Positions 45,100 through 60,000 of a DNA stretch of 64,000 nt are shown here, one piece after another (the first letter of the stretch is position 1; every line of letters begins with the position of its first letter). This DNA comes from Eledone cirrhosa. Lineage: Eukaryota. Under the pieces are notes generated by a model. That model worked only from the letters and a program-made list of their open reading frames with translations. It was not told the origin of the DNA and made no database searches. The translations under genes were made by a program, and so were the position numbers. The stretch covers positions 209,932,001 through 209,996,000 of the forward strand of contig OZ024743.1 of the NCBI GenBank assembly GCA_964016885.1, written 5' to 3'.

Positions 45100-48000
45100 A
45101 AAGCTCTTCACCCCATAAGATATACCACAGTTTACCATCCTATTGCCACACATGAAAGTTCTTCACTCGATAAGATATACCACAGTTTACCATCCAATAG
45201 CTACACATGAAAGCTCTTCACTCCATAAGATATACCACAGTTTACCATCCTATAGCCAGATGAAAGCTATTAACTCCATAAGATATACGACAGTTTACCA
45301 TCCTATAGCCACACATGAAAGCTCTTCAATCCATAAGATATAACCCAGTTTACCATCCTATAGCCAGATGAAAGCTCTTCACTCCATAAGATATACCACA
45401 GTTTACCACCCTATAGCCACAGATGAAAGCTCTTCACTCCATGAGATATACCACAGTTTACCATCCTATAGCCATGCCACGGATGAAAGCTCTTCACTCC
45501 ATAAGATATACGACAGTTTACCATCCTATAGCCACACATGAAAGCTCTTCACTCGATAAGATATACCACAGTTTACCATCCTATAGCCACACATGAAAGC
45601 TCTTCACTCCATAAGATATACCACAGTTTACCATCCTATAGCCACACATGAAAGCTCTTCACTCCATAAGATATCCCACAGTTTACCATCATATAGCCAC
45701 ACATGAAAGCTCTTCACTCCATAAGATATACCACAGTTTACCATCCTATAGCCAGATGAAAGCTCTTCACTCCATAAGATATACCACAGTTTACCATCCT
45801 ATAGCCACAGATGAAAGCTCTTCACTCCATAAGATATACCACAGTTTACCATCCTATAGCCACAGATGAAAGCTCTTCACTCCATAAGATATACCACAGT
45901 TTACCATCCTATAGCCACAGATGAAAGCTCTTCACTCCATAAGATATACCACAGTTTACCCTCCTATAGTCACAGATGAAAGCTGTTCACTCCATAAGAT
46001 ATACGACAGTTTACCATCGTATAGCCACAGATGAAAGCTGTTCACTCCATAAGATATACGACAGTTTACCATCCTATAGCTAGATGAAAGCTCTTCACTC
46101 CATAAGATATACCACAGTTTACCATCCTATAGCCACAGATGAAAGCTCTTCACTCCATAAGATATACCACAGTTTACCATCCTATAGCCAGATGAAAGCT
46201 CTTCACTCCATAAGATATACCACAGTTTACCATCGTATAGCCAGATGAAAGCTCTTCACTCAATAAGATATACCACAGTTTACCATCCTATAGCCACAGA
46301 TGAAAGCTCTTCACTCCATAAGATATACCACAGTTTACCATCCTATAGCCACACATGAAAGCTCTTCACTCCATAAGATATACCACAGTTTACCATCCTA
46401 TAGCCACACATGAAAGCTCTTCACTCCATAAGATATACCACAGTTTACCATCCTATAGCCACAGATGAAAGCTCTTCACCCCATAAGATATATCACAGTT
46501 AACCATCCTATTGCCACACATGAAAGCTCTTCACTCCATAAGATATACCACAGTTTACCATCCTATTGCCACACATGAAAGCTCTTCACCCCATAAGATA
46601 TACCACAGTTTACCATCCTATAGCCAGATGAAAGCTCTTCACTCCATAAGATATACGACAGTTTACCATCCTATAGCCACACATGAAAGCTCTTCACTCC
46701 ATAAGATATACCACAGTTTACCATCCTATAGCCAGATGAAAGCTCTTCACGCCATAAGATATACCTCAGTTTACCATCCTATAGCCACAGATGAAAGCTC
46801 TTCACTCCATAAGATATACCACAGTTTACCATCCTATAGCCACACATGAGAGCTCCTCACTCCATAAGATATACCACAGTTTACCATCCTATAGCCACAC
46901 ATGAAAGCTCTTCACTCCATAAGATATACCACAGTTTACCATCCTATGGCCACACATGAAAGCTCTTCACCCCATAAGATATACCACAGTTTACCATCCT
47001 ATAGCCACACATGAAAGCTCTTCACTCCATAAGATATACCTCAGTTTACCATCCTATAGCCACACATGAAAGCTCTTCACTCCATAAGATATACCACAGT
47101 TTATATTCCTATAGCCACACATAAAAGTTCTTCACTCGATAAGATATACCACAGTTTACCATCCTATAGCCACACATGAAAGCTCTTCACTCCATAAGAT
47201 ATACTACAGTTTACCATCCTATAGCCAGATGAAAGCTCTTCACTCCATAAGATATACGACAGTTTACCATCCTATAGCCACACATGAAAGCTCTTCAATC
47301 CATAAGATATACCTCAGTTTACCATCCTATAGCCACAAATGAAATCTCTTCACTCCATAAGATATACCACAGTTTACCATCCTATAGCCACAGATGAAAG
47401 CTCTTCACTCCATAAGATATACCACAGTTTACCATCCTATAGCCACACATGAAAGCTCTTCACTCAATAAGATATACCACAGTTTACCATCCTATAGCCA
47501 GATGAAAGCTCTTCACTCCATAAGATATACGACAGTTTACCATCCTATAGCCACACATGAATGTTCTTCACTCGATAAGATATACCACAGTTTACCATCC
47601 AATAGCCACACATGAAAGCTCTTCACTCCATAAGACATACCACAGTTTACCATCCTATAGCCAGATGAAAGCTCTTCACTCCATAAGATATACGACAGTT
47701 TACCATCCTATAGCCACACATGAAAGCTCTTCAATCCATAAGATATACCCCAGTTCACCATCCTATAGCCAGATGAAAGCTCTTCACTCCATAAGATATA
47801 CCACAGTTTACCACCCTATAGCCACAGATGAAAGCTCTTCACTCCATGAGATATACCACAGTTTACCATCCTATAGCCACGCCACGGATGAAAGCTCTTC
47901 ACTCCATAAGATATACCACAGTTTACAATCCTATAGCCACAGATGAAAGCTCTTCACTCCATAAGATATACCACAGTTTACCATCCTATGGCCACAGATG

Positions 48001-51000
48001 AAAGCTCTTCACTCCATAATATATACCACAGTTTACCATCCTATAGCCACAGATGAAAGCTCTTCACTCCATAAGATATACCACAGTTTACCATCCTGTA
48101 GCCAGACATGAAAGCTCTTCACTCCATAAGATATACCACAGTTTACCATCCTATAGTCAAGCCACGGATGAAAGCTCTTCACTCCATAAGATATACCACA
48201 GTTTACCATCCTATAGTCACACATGAAAGCTCTTCACTCCATAAGATATAACACAGTTTACCATCCTATAGCCAGATGAAAGCTCTTCACTCCATAAGAT
48301 ATACCACAGTTTACCATCCTATAGCCACAGATGAAAGCTCTTCACTCCATAAGATATACCACAGTTTACCATCCTATAGCCACAGATGAAAGCTCTTCAC
48401 TCCATAAGATATACCACAGTTTACCATCCTATAGCCACAGATGAAAGCTGTTCACTCCATAAGATATACCACAGTTTACCATCCTATAGCCACACATGAA
48501 AGCTCTTCACTCCATAAGATATACCACAGTTTACCATCCTATAGCCACAGATGAAAGCTGTTCACTCCATAATATATACGACAGTTTAACATCCTATATC
48601 CACAGATGAAAGCTGTTCACTCCATAAGATATACGACAGTTTACCATCCTATAGCCAGATGAAAGCTCTTCACTCCATAAGATATATCACAGTTTACCAT
48701 CCTATAGCCACAGATGAAAGCTGTTCACTCCATAAGATATACCACAGTTTACCATCCTATAGCCAGATGAAAGCTCTTCACTCCATAAGATATACCACAG
48801 TTTACCATCCTAAAGCCACAGATGAAAGCTCTTCACTCCATAAGATATACCACAGTTTACCATCCTATAGCCACAGATGAAAGCTGTTTACTCCATAAGA
48901 TATACCACAGTTTACCATCCTATAGCCAGATGAAAGCTCTTCACTCCATAAGATATACCACAGTTTACCATCCTATAGCCACAGATGAAAGCTGTTCACT
49001 CCATAAGATATACCACAGTTTACCATCCTATAGCCAGATGAAAGCTCTTCACTCCATAAGATATACCACAGTTTACCATCCTAAAGCCACAGATGAAAGC
49101 TCTTCACTCCATAAGATATACCACAGTTTACCATCCTATAGCCACAGATGAAAGCTCTTCACTCCATAAGATATACCACAGTTTACCATCCTATAACCAC
49201 AGATGAAAGCTCTTCACTCCATAAGATATACCACAGTTTACCATCCTATAGCCACAGATGAAAGCTCTTCACTCCATAAGATATACCACAGTTTACCATC
49301 CTATAGCCACAGATGAAAGCTCTTCACCCCATAAGATATACCACAGTTTACCATCCTATAGCCACACATGAAAGCTCTTCACTCCATAAGATATACCACA
49401 GTTTACCATCCTATAGCCACAGATGAAAGCTCTTCACTTCATAATATATACCACAGTTTACCATCCTATAGCCACACATGAAAGCTCTTCACTCCATAAG
49501 ATATACCACAGTTTACCATCTATAGCCACACATGAAAGCTCTTCACTCCATAAGATATACCACAGTTTACCATCCTATAGCCACACATGAAAGCTCTTCA
49601 CTCCATAAGATATACCACAGTTTACCATCCTATAGCCACAGATGAAAGCTCTTCACCCCATAAGATATACCACAGTTTACCATCCTATAGCCACAGATGA
49701 AAGCTCTTCACCCCATTAGATATACCACAGTTTACCATCCTATAGCCACACATGAAAGCTCTTCACTCCATAAGATATACCACATTTTACCATCCTATAG
49801 CCACACATGAAAGCTCCTCACTCCATAAGATATACCACAGTTTACCATCCTATAGCCACACATGAAAGCTCTTCACGCCATAAGATATACCACAGTTTAC
49901 CATCCTATAGCCACAGATGAAAGCTCTTCACCCCATAAGATATACCACAGTTTACCATCCTATAGCCACACATGAAAGCTCTTCACCCCATCAGATATAC
50001 CACAGTTTACCATCCTATTTCCACACATTAAAGCTCTTCACTCCATAATATATACCAGAGTTTACCATCCTATAGCCACACATGAAAGCTCTTCACTCCA
50101 TAAGATATACCACAGTTTACCATCCTATAGCCAGATGAAAGCTCTTCACTCCATAAGATATACGATAGTTTACCATCCTATAGCCACACATGAAATCTCT
50201 TCACTCCATAAGATATACCACAGTTTACCATCCTATAGCCACACATGAAAGCTCTTCACTCCATAAGATATACGTCAGTTTACCATCCTATAGCCACAGA
50301 TGAAAGCTCTTCACTCCATAAGATATACCACAGTTTACTATCCTATAGCCACACATGAGAGCTCTTCACCCCATAAGATATACCACAGTTTACCATCCTA
50401 TAGCCAGATGAAAGCTCTTCACTCCGTAAAATATACCACAGTTTACCATCCTATAGCCACACATGAAAGCTCTTCACTCCATAAGATATACCACAGTTTA
50501 CCATCCTATAGCCACAGATGAAAGCTCTTCACTCCATAAGATATACCACAGTTTAACATCCTATAGCCACAGATGAAAGCTCTTCACTCCATACGATATA
50601 CCACAGTTTACCATCCTATAGCCACAGATGAAAGCTTTTCACTCCATAAGATATACCACAGTTTACCATCCTATAGCCACACATGAAAGCTCTTCACTCC
50701 ATAAGATATACCACAGTTTACCATACTATGGCGACACATGAAAGCTCTTCACCCCATAAGATATACCACAGTTTACCATCCTATAGCCACACATGAAAGC
50801 TCTTCACTCCATAAGATATACCACAGTTTACCATCCTATAGCCACAGATGAAAGCTCTTCACCCCATAAGATATACCACAGTTTACCATCCTATAGCCAC
50901 ACATGAAAGCTCTTCACCCCATAAGATATACCACAGTTTACCATCCTATTGCCACACATGAAAGTTCTTCACTCGATAAGATATACCACAGTTTACCATC

Positions 51001-54000
51001 CAATAGCCACACATGAAAGCTCTTCACTCCATAAGATATACCACAGTTTACCATCCTATAGCCAGATGAAAGCTCTTCACTCCATAAGATATACGACAGT
51101 TTACCATCCTATAGCCACACATGAAAGCTCTTCAATCCATAAGATATACCCCAGTTTACCATCCTATAGCCAGATGAAAGCTCTTCACTCCATAAGATAT
51201 ACCACAGTTTACCACCCTATAGCCACATATGAAAGCTCTTCACTCCATGAGATATACCACAGTTTACCATCCTATAGCCATGCCACGGATGAAAGCTCTT
51301 CACTCCATAAGATATACGACAGTTTACCATCCTATAGCCACACATGAAAGCTCTTCACTCGATAAGATATACCACAGTTTACCATCCTATAGCCACACAT
51401 GAAAGCTCTTCACTCCATAAGATATCCCACAGTTTACCATCATATAGCCACACATGAAAGCTCTTCACTCCATAAGATATACCACAGTTTACCATCCTAT
51501 AGCCACAGATGAAAGCTCTTCACTCCATAAGATATACCACAGTTTACCATCCTATAGCCACAGATGAAAGCTCTTCACTCCATAAGATATACCACAGTTT
51601 ACCATCCTATAGCCACAGATGAAAGCTCTTCACTCCATAAGATATACCACAGTTTACCATCCTATAGTCACAGATGAAAGCTGTTCACTCCATAAGATAT
51701 ACGACAGTTTACCATCGTATAGCCAGATGAAAGCTCTTCACTCCATAAGATATATCACAGTTTACCATCCTATAGCCACAGATGAAAGCTGTTCACTCCA
51801 TAAGATATACCACAGTTTACCATCCTATAGCCAGATGAAAGCTCTTCACTCCATAAGATATACCACAGTTTACCATCCTAAAGCCACAGATGAAAGCTCT
51901 TCACTCCATAAGATATACCACAGTTTACCATCCTATAGCCACAGATGAAAGCTGTTTACTCCATAAGATATACCACAGTTTACCATCCTATAGCCAGATG
52001 AAAGCTCTTCACTCCATAAGATATACCACAGTTTACCATCCTATAGCCACAGATGAAAGCTGTTCACTCCATAAGATATACCACAGTTTACCATCCTATA
52101 GCCAGATGAAAGCTCTTCACTCCATAAGATATACCACAGTTTACCATCCTAAAGCCACAGATGAAAGCTCTTCACTCCATAAGATATACCACAGTTTACC
52201 ATCCTATAGCCACAGATGAAAGCTCTTCACTCCATAAGATATACCACAGTTTACCATCCTATAACCACAGATGAAAGCTCTTCACTCCATAAGATATACC
52301 ACAGTTTACCATCCTATAGCCACAGATGAAAGCTCTTCACTCCATAAGATATACCACAGTTTACCATCCTATAGCCACAGATGAAAGCTCTTCACCCCAT
52401 AAGATATACCACAGTTTACCATCCTATAGCCACACATGAAAGCTCTTCACTCCATAAGATATACCACAGTTTACCATCCTATAGCCACAGATGAAAGCTC
52501 TTCACTCCATAAGATATACCACAGTTTAACATCCTATAGCCACAGATGAAAGCTCTTCACTCCATACGATATACCACAGTTTACCATCCTATAGCCACAG
52601 ATGAAAGCTTTTCACTCCATAAGATATACCACAGTTTACCATCCTATAGCCACACATGAAAGCTCTTCACTCCATAAGATATACCACAGTTTACCATACG
52701 ATGGCCACACATGAAAGCTCTTCACCCCATAAGATATACCACAGTTTACCATCCTATAGCCACACATGAAAGCTCTTCACTCCATAAGATATACCACAGT
52801 TTACCATCCTATAGCCACATATGAAAGCTCTTCACTCCATAAGATATACCACAGTTTACCATCCTATAGCCACAGATGAAAGCTCTTCACCCCATAAGAT
52901 ATACCACAGTTTACCATCCTATAGCCACACATGAAAGCTCTTCACCCCATAAGATATACCACAGTTTACCATCCTATTGCCACACATGAAAGTTCTTCAC
53001 TCGATAAGATATACCACAGTTTACCATCCAATAGCCACACATGAAAGCTGTTCACTCCATAAGATATACCACAGTTTACCATCCTATAGCCAGATGAAAG
53101 CTCTTCACTCCATAAGATATACGACAGTTTACCATCCTATAGCCACACATGAAAGCTCTTCAATCCATAAGATATACCCCAGTTTACCATCCTATAGCCA
53201 GATGAAAGCTCTTCACTCCATAAGATATACCACAGTTTACCACCCTATAGCCACAGATGAAAGCTCTTCACTCCATGAGATATACCACAGTTTACCATCC
53301 TATAGCCATGCCACGGATGAAAGCTCTTCACTCCATAAGATATACCACAGTTTACCATCATATAGTCACAGATGAAAGCTGTTCACTCCATAAGATATAC
53401 GACAGTTTACCATCGTATAGCCACAGATGAAAGCTGTTCACTCCATAAGATATACGACAGTTTACCATCCTATAGCCAGATGAAAGCTCTTCACTCCATA
53501 AGATATATCACAGTTTACCATCCTATAGCCACAGATGAAAGCTGTTCACTCCATAAGATATACCACAGTTTACCATCCTATAGCCAGATGAAAGCTCTTC
53601 ACTCCATAAGATATACCACAGTTTACCATCCTAAAGCCACAGATGAAAGCTCTTCACTCCATAAGATATACCACAGTTTACCATCCTATAGCCACAGATG
53701 AAAGCTGTTTACTCCATAAGATATACCACAGTTTACCATCCTATAGCCAGATGAAAGCTCTTCACTCCATAAGATATACCACAGTTTACCATCCTATAGC
53801 CACAGATGAAAGCTGTTCACTCCATAAGATATACCACAGTTTACCATCCTATAGCCAGATGAAAGCTCTTCACTCCATAAGATATACCACAGTTTACCAT
53901 CCTAAAGCCACAGATGAAAGCTCTTCACTCCATAAGATATACCACAGTTTACCATCCTATAGCCACAGATGAAAGCTCTTCACTCCATAAGATATACCAC

Positions 54001-57000
54001 AGTTTACCATCCTATAACCACAGATGAAAGCTCTTCACTCCATAAGATATACCACAGTTTACCATCCTATAGCCACAGATGAAAGCTCTTCACTCCATAA
54101 GATATACCACAGTTTACCATCCTATAGCCACAGATGAAAGCTCTTCACCCCATAAGATATACCACAGTTTACCATCCTATAGCCACACATGAAAGCTCTT
54201 CACTCCATAAGATATACCACAGTTTACCATCCTATAGCCACACATGAAAGCTCTTCACTTCATAAGATATACCACAGTTTACCATCCTATAGCCACACAT
54301 GAAAGCTCTTCACTCCATAAGATATACCACAGTTTACCATCCTATAGCCACACATGAAAGCTCTTCACTCTATAAGATATACCACAGTTTACCATCCTAT
54401 AGCCACACATGAAAGCTCTTCACTCCATAAGATATACCACAGTTTACCATCCTATAGCCACAGATGAAAGCTCTTCACCCCATAAGATATACCACAGTTT
54501 ACCATCCTATAGCCACAGATGAAAGCTCTTCACCCCATTAGATATACCACAGTTTACCATCCTATAGCCACACATGAAAGCTCTTCACTCCATAAGATAT
54601 ACCACATTTTACCATCCTATAGCCACACATGAAAGCTCCTCACTCCATAAGATATACCACAGTTTACCATCCTATAGCCACACATGAAAGCTCTTCACGC
54701 CATAAGATATACCACAGTTTACCATCCTATAGCCACAGATGAAAGCTCTTCACCCCATAAGATATACCACAGTTTACCATCCTATAGCCACACATGAAAG
54801 CTCTTCACCCCATCAGATATACCACAGTTTACCATCCTATTGCCACACATTAAAGCTCTTCACTCCATAATATATACCAGAGTTTACCATCCTATAGCCA
54901 CACATGAAAGCTCTTCACTCCATAAGATATACCACAGTTTACCATCCTATAGCCAGATGAAAGCTCTTCACTCCATAAGATATACGATAGTTTACCATCC
55001 TATAGCCACACATGAAATCTCTTCACTCCATAAGATATACCACAGTTTACCATCCTATAGCCACACATGAAAGCTCTTCACTCCATAAGATATACGTCAG
55101 TTTACCATCCTATAGCCACAGATGAAAGCTCTTCACTCCATAAGATATACCACAGTTTACTATCCTATAGCCACACATGAGAGCTCTTCACCCCATAAGA
55201 TATACCACAGTTTACCATCCTATAGCCAGATGAAAGCTCTTCACTCCGTAAAATATACCACAGTTTACCATCCTATAGCCACACATGAAAGCTCTTCACT
55301 CCATAAGATATACCACAGTTTACCATCCTATAGCCACAGATGAAAGCTCTTCACTCCATAAGATATACCACAGTTTAACATCCTATAGCCACAGATGAAA
55401 GCTCTTCACTCCATACGATATACCACAGTTTACCATCCTATAGCCACAGATGAAAGCTTTTCACTCCATAAGATATACCACAGTTTACCATCCTATAGCC
55501 ACACATGAAAGCTCTTCACTCCATAAGATATACCACAGTTTACCATACTATGGCGACACATGAAAGCTCTTCACCCCATAAGATATACCACAGTTTACCA
55601 TCCTATAGCCACACATGAAAGCTCTTCACTCCATAAGATATACCACAGTTTACCATCCTATAGCCACACATGAAAGCTCTTCACTCCATAAGATATACCA
55701 CAGTTTACCATCCTATAGCCACAGATGAAAGCTCTTCACCCCATAAGATATACCACAGTTTACCATCCTATAGCCACACATGAAAGCTCTTCACTCCATA
55801 AGATATACCACAGTTTACCATACTATGGCGACACATGAAAGCTCTTCACCCCATAAGATATACCACAGTTTACCATCCTATAGCCACACATGAAAGCTCT
55901 TCACTCCATAAGATATACCACAGTTTACCATCCTATAGCCACACATGAAAGCTCTTCACTCCATAAGATATACCACAGTTTACCATCCTATAGCCACACA
56001 TGAAAGCTCTTCACCCCATAAGATATACCACAGTTTACCATCCTATTGCCACACATGAAAGTTCTTCACTCGATAAGATATACCACAGTTTACCATCCAA
56101 TAGCCACACATGAAAGCTCTTCACTCCATAAGATATACCACAGTTTACCATCCTATAGCCAGATGAAAGCTCTTCACTCCATAAGATATACGACAGTTTA
56201 TCATCCTATAGCCACACATGAAAGCTCTTCAATCCATAAGATATACCCCAGTTTACCATCCTATAGCCAGATGAAAGCTCTTCACTCCATAAGATATACC
56301 ACAGTTTACCACCCTATAGCCACAGATGAAAGCTCTTCACTCCATGAGATATACCACAGTTTACCATCCTATAGCCATGCCACGGATGAAAGCTCTTCAC
56401 TCCATAAGATATACGACAGTTTACCATCCTATAGCCACACATGAAAGCTCTTCACTCGATAAGATATACCACAGTTTACCATCCTATAGCCACACATGAA
56501 AGCTCTTCACTCCATAAGATATCCCACAGTTTACCATCATATAGCCACACATGAAAGCTCTTCACTCCATAAGATATACCACAGTTTACCATCCTATAGC
56601 CAGATGAAAGCTCTTCACTCCATAAGATATACCACAGTTTACCATCCTATAGCCACAGATGAAAGCTCTTCACTCCATAAGATATACCACAGTTTACCAT
56701 CCTATAGCCACAGATGAAAGCTCTTCACTCCATAAGATATACCACAGTTTACCATCCTATAGCCACACATGAAAGCTCTTCACTCCATAAGATATACCAC
56801 AGTTTACCATCCTATAGTCACAGATGAAAGCTGTTCACTCCATAAGATATACCACAGTTTACCATCGTATAGCCAGATGAAAGCTCTTCACTCCATAAGA
56901 TATATCACAGTTTACCATCCTATAGCCACAGATGAAAGCTGTTCACTCCATAAGATATACCACAGTTTACCATCCTATAGCCAGATGAAAGCTCTTCACT

Positions 57001-60000
57001 CCATAAGATATACCACAGTTTACCATCCTAAAGCCACAGATGAAAGCTCTTCACTCCATAAGATATACCACAGTTTACCATCCTATAGCCACAGATGAAA
57101 GCTGTTTACTCCATAAGATATACCACAGTTTACCATCCTATAGCCAGATGAAAGCTCTTCACTCCATAAGATATACCACAGTTTACCATCCTATAGCCAC
57201 AGATGAAAGCTGTTCACTCCATAAGATATACCACAGTTTACCATCCTATAGCCAGATGAAAGCTCTTCACTCCATAAGATATACCACAGTTTACCATCCT
57301 AAAGCCACAGATGAAAGCTCTTCACTCCATAAGATATACCACAGTTTACCATCCTATAGCCACAGATGAAAGCTCTTCACTCCATAAGATATACCACAGT
57401 TTACCATCCTATAACCACAGATGAAAGCTCTTCACTCCATAAGATATACCACAGTTTACCATCCTATAGCCACAGATGAAAGCTCTTCACTCCATAAGAT
57501 ATACCACAGTTTACCATCCTATAGCCACAGATGAAAGCTCTTCACCCCATAAGATATACCACAGTTTACCATCCTATAGCCACACATGAAAGCTCTTCAC
57601 TCCATAAGATATACCACAGTTTACCATCCTATAGCCACACATGAAAGCTCTTCACTCCATAAGATATACCACAGTTTACCATCCTATAGCCACACATGAA
57701 AGCTCTTCACTCCATAAGATATACCACAGTTTACCATCCTATAGCCACACATGAAACCTCTTCACTCCATAAGATATACCACAGTTTACCATCCTATAGC
57801 CACACATGAAAGCTCTTCACTCCATAAGATATACCACAGTTTACCATCCTATAGCCACAGATGAAAGCTCTTCACCCCATAAGATATACCACAGTTTACC
57901 ATCCTATAGCCACAGATGAAAGCTCTTCACCCCATTAGATATACCACAGTTTACCATCCTATAGCCACACATGAAAGCTCTTCACTCCATAAGATATACC
58001 ACATTTTACCATCCTATAGCCACACATGAAAGCTCCTCACTCCATAAGATATACCACAGTTTACCATCCTATAGCCACACATGAAAGCTCTTCACGCCAT
58101 AAGATATACCACAGTTTACCATCCTATAGCCACAGATGAAAGCTCTTCACCCCATAAGATATACCACAGTTTACCATCCTATAGCCACACATGAAAGCTC
58201 TTCACCCCATCAGATATACCACAGTTTACCATCCTATTGCGACACATTAAAGCTCTTCACTCCATAATATATACCAGAGTTTACCATCCTATAGCCACAC
58301 ATGAAAGCTCTTCACTCCATAAGATATACCACAGTTTACCATCCTATAGCCAGATGAAAGCTCTTCACTCCATAAGATATACGATAGTTTACCATCCTAT
58401 AGCCACACATGAAATCTCTTCACTCCATAAGATATACCACAGTTTACCATCCTATAGCCACACATGAAAGCTCTTCACTCCATAAGATATACGTCAGTTT
58501 ACCATCCTATAGCCACAGATGAAAGCTCTTCACTCCATAAGATATACCACAGTTTACTATCCTATAGCCAGACATGAGAGCTCTTCACCCCATAAGATAT
58601 ACCACAGTTTACCATCCTATAGCCAGATGAAAGCTCTTCACTCCGTAAAATATACCACAGTTTACCATCCTATAGCCACACATGAAAGCTCTTCACTCCA
58701 TAAGATATACCACAGTTTACCATCCTATAGCCACAGATGAAAGCTCTTCACTCCATAAGATATACCACAGTTTAACATCCTATAGCCACAGATGAAAGCT
58801 CTTCACTCCATACGATATACCACAGTTTACCATCCTATAGCCACAGATGAAAGCTTTTCACTCCATAAGATATACCACAGTTTACCATCCTATAGCCACA
58901 CATGAAAGCTCTTCACTCCATAAGATATACCACAGTTTACCATACGATGGCCACACATGAAAGCTCTTCACCCCATAAGATATACCACAGTTTACCATCC
59001 TATAGCCACACATGAAAGCTCTTCACTCCATAAGATATACCACAGTTTACCATCCTATAGCCACACATGAAAGCTCTTCACTCCATAAGATATACCACAG
59101 TTTACCATCCTATAGCCACAGATGAAAGCTCTTCACCCCATAAGATATACCACAGTTTACCATCCTATAGCCACACATGAAAGCTCTTCACCCCATAAGA
59201 TATACCACAGTTTACCATCCTATTGCCACACATGAAAGTTCTTCACTCGATAAGATATACCACAGTTTACCATCCAATAGCCACACATGAAAGCTGTTCA
59301 CTCCATAAGATATACCACAGTTTACCATCCTATAGCCAGATGAAAGCTCTTCACTCCATAAGATATACGACAGTTTACCATCCTATAGCCACACATGAAA
59401 GCTCTTCAATCCATAAGATATACCCCAGTTTACCATCCTATAGCCAGATGAAAGCTCTTCACTCCATAAGATATACCACAGTTTACCACCCTATAGCCAC
59501 AGATGAAAGCTCTTCACTCCATGAGATATACCACAGTTTACCATCCTATAGCCATGCCACGGATGAAAGCTCTTCACTCCATAAGATATACGACAGTTTA
59601 CCATCCTATAGCCACACATGACAGCTCTTCACTCGATAAGATATACCACAGTTTACCATCCTATAGCCACACATGAAAGCTCTTCACTCCATAAGATATA
59701 CCACAGTTTACCATCCTATAGCCACACATGAAAGCTCTTCACTCCATAAGATATCCCACAGTTTACCATCATATAGCCACACATGAAAGCTCTTCACTCC
59801 ATAAGATATACCACAGTTTACCATCCTATAGCCAGATGAAAGCTCTTCACTCCATAAGATATACCACAGTTTACCATCCTATAGCCACAGATGAAAGCTC
59901 TTCACTCCATAAGATATACCACAGTTTACCATCCTATAGCCACAGATGAAAGCTCTTCACTCCATAAGATATACCACAGTTTACCATCCTATAGCCACAG

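Noticed and set aside
48033-48224. Single minus-strand 63-aa ORF
   Set aside because: A chance opening caused by the CCTGTAG variant plus a 60-mer. It is only the antisense repeat translation.
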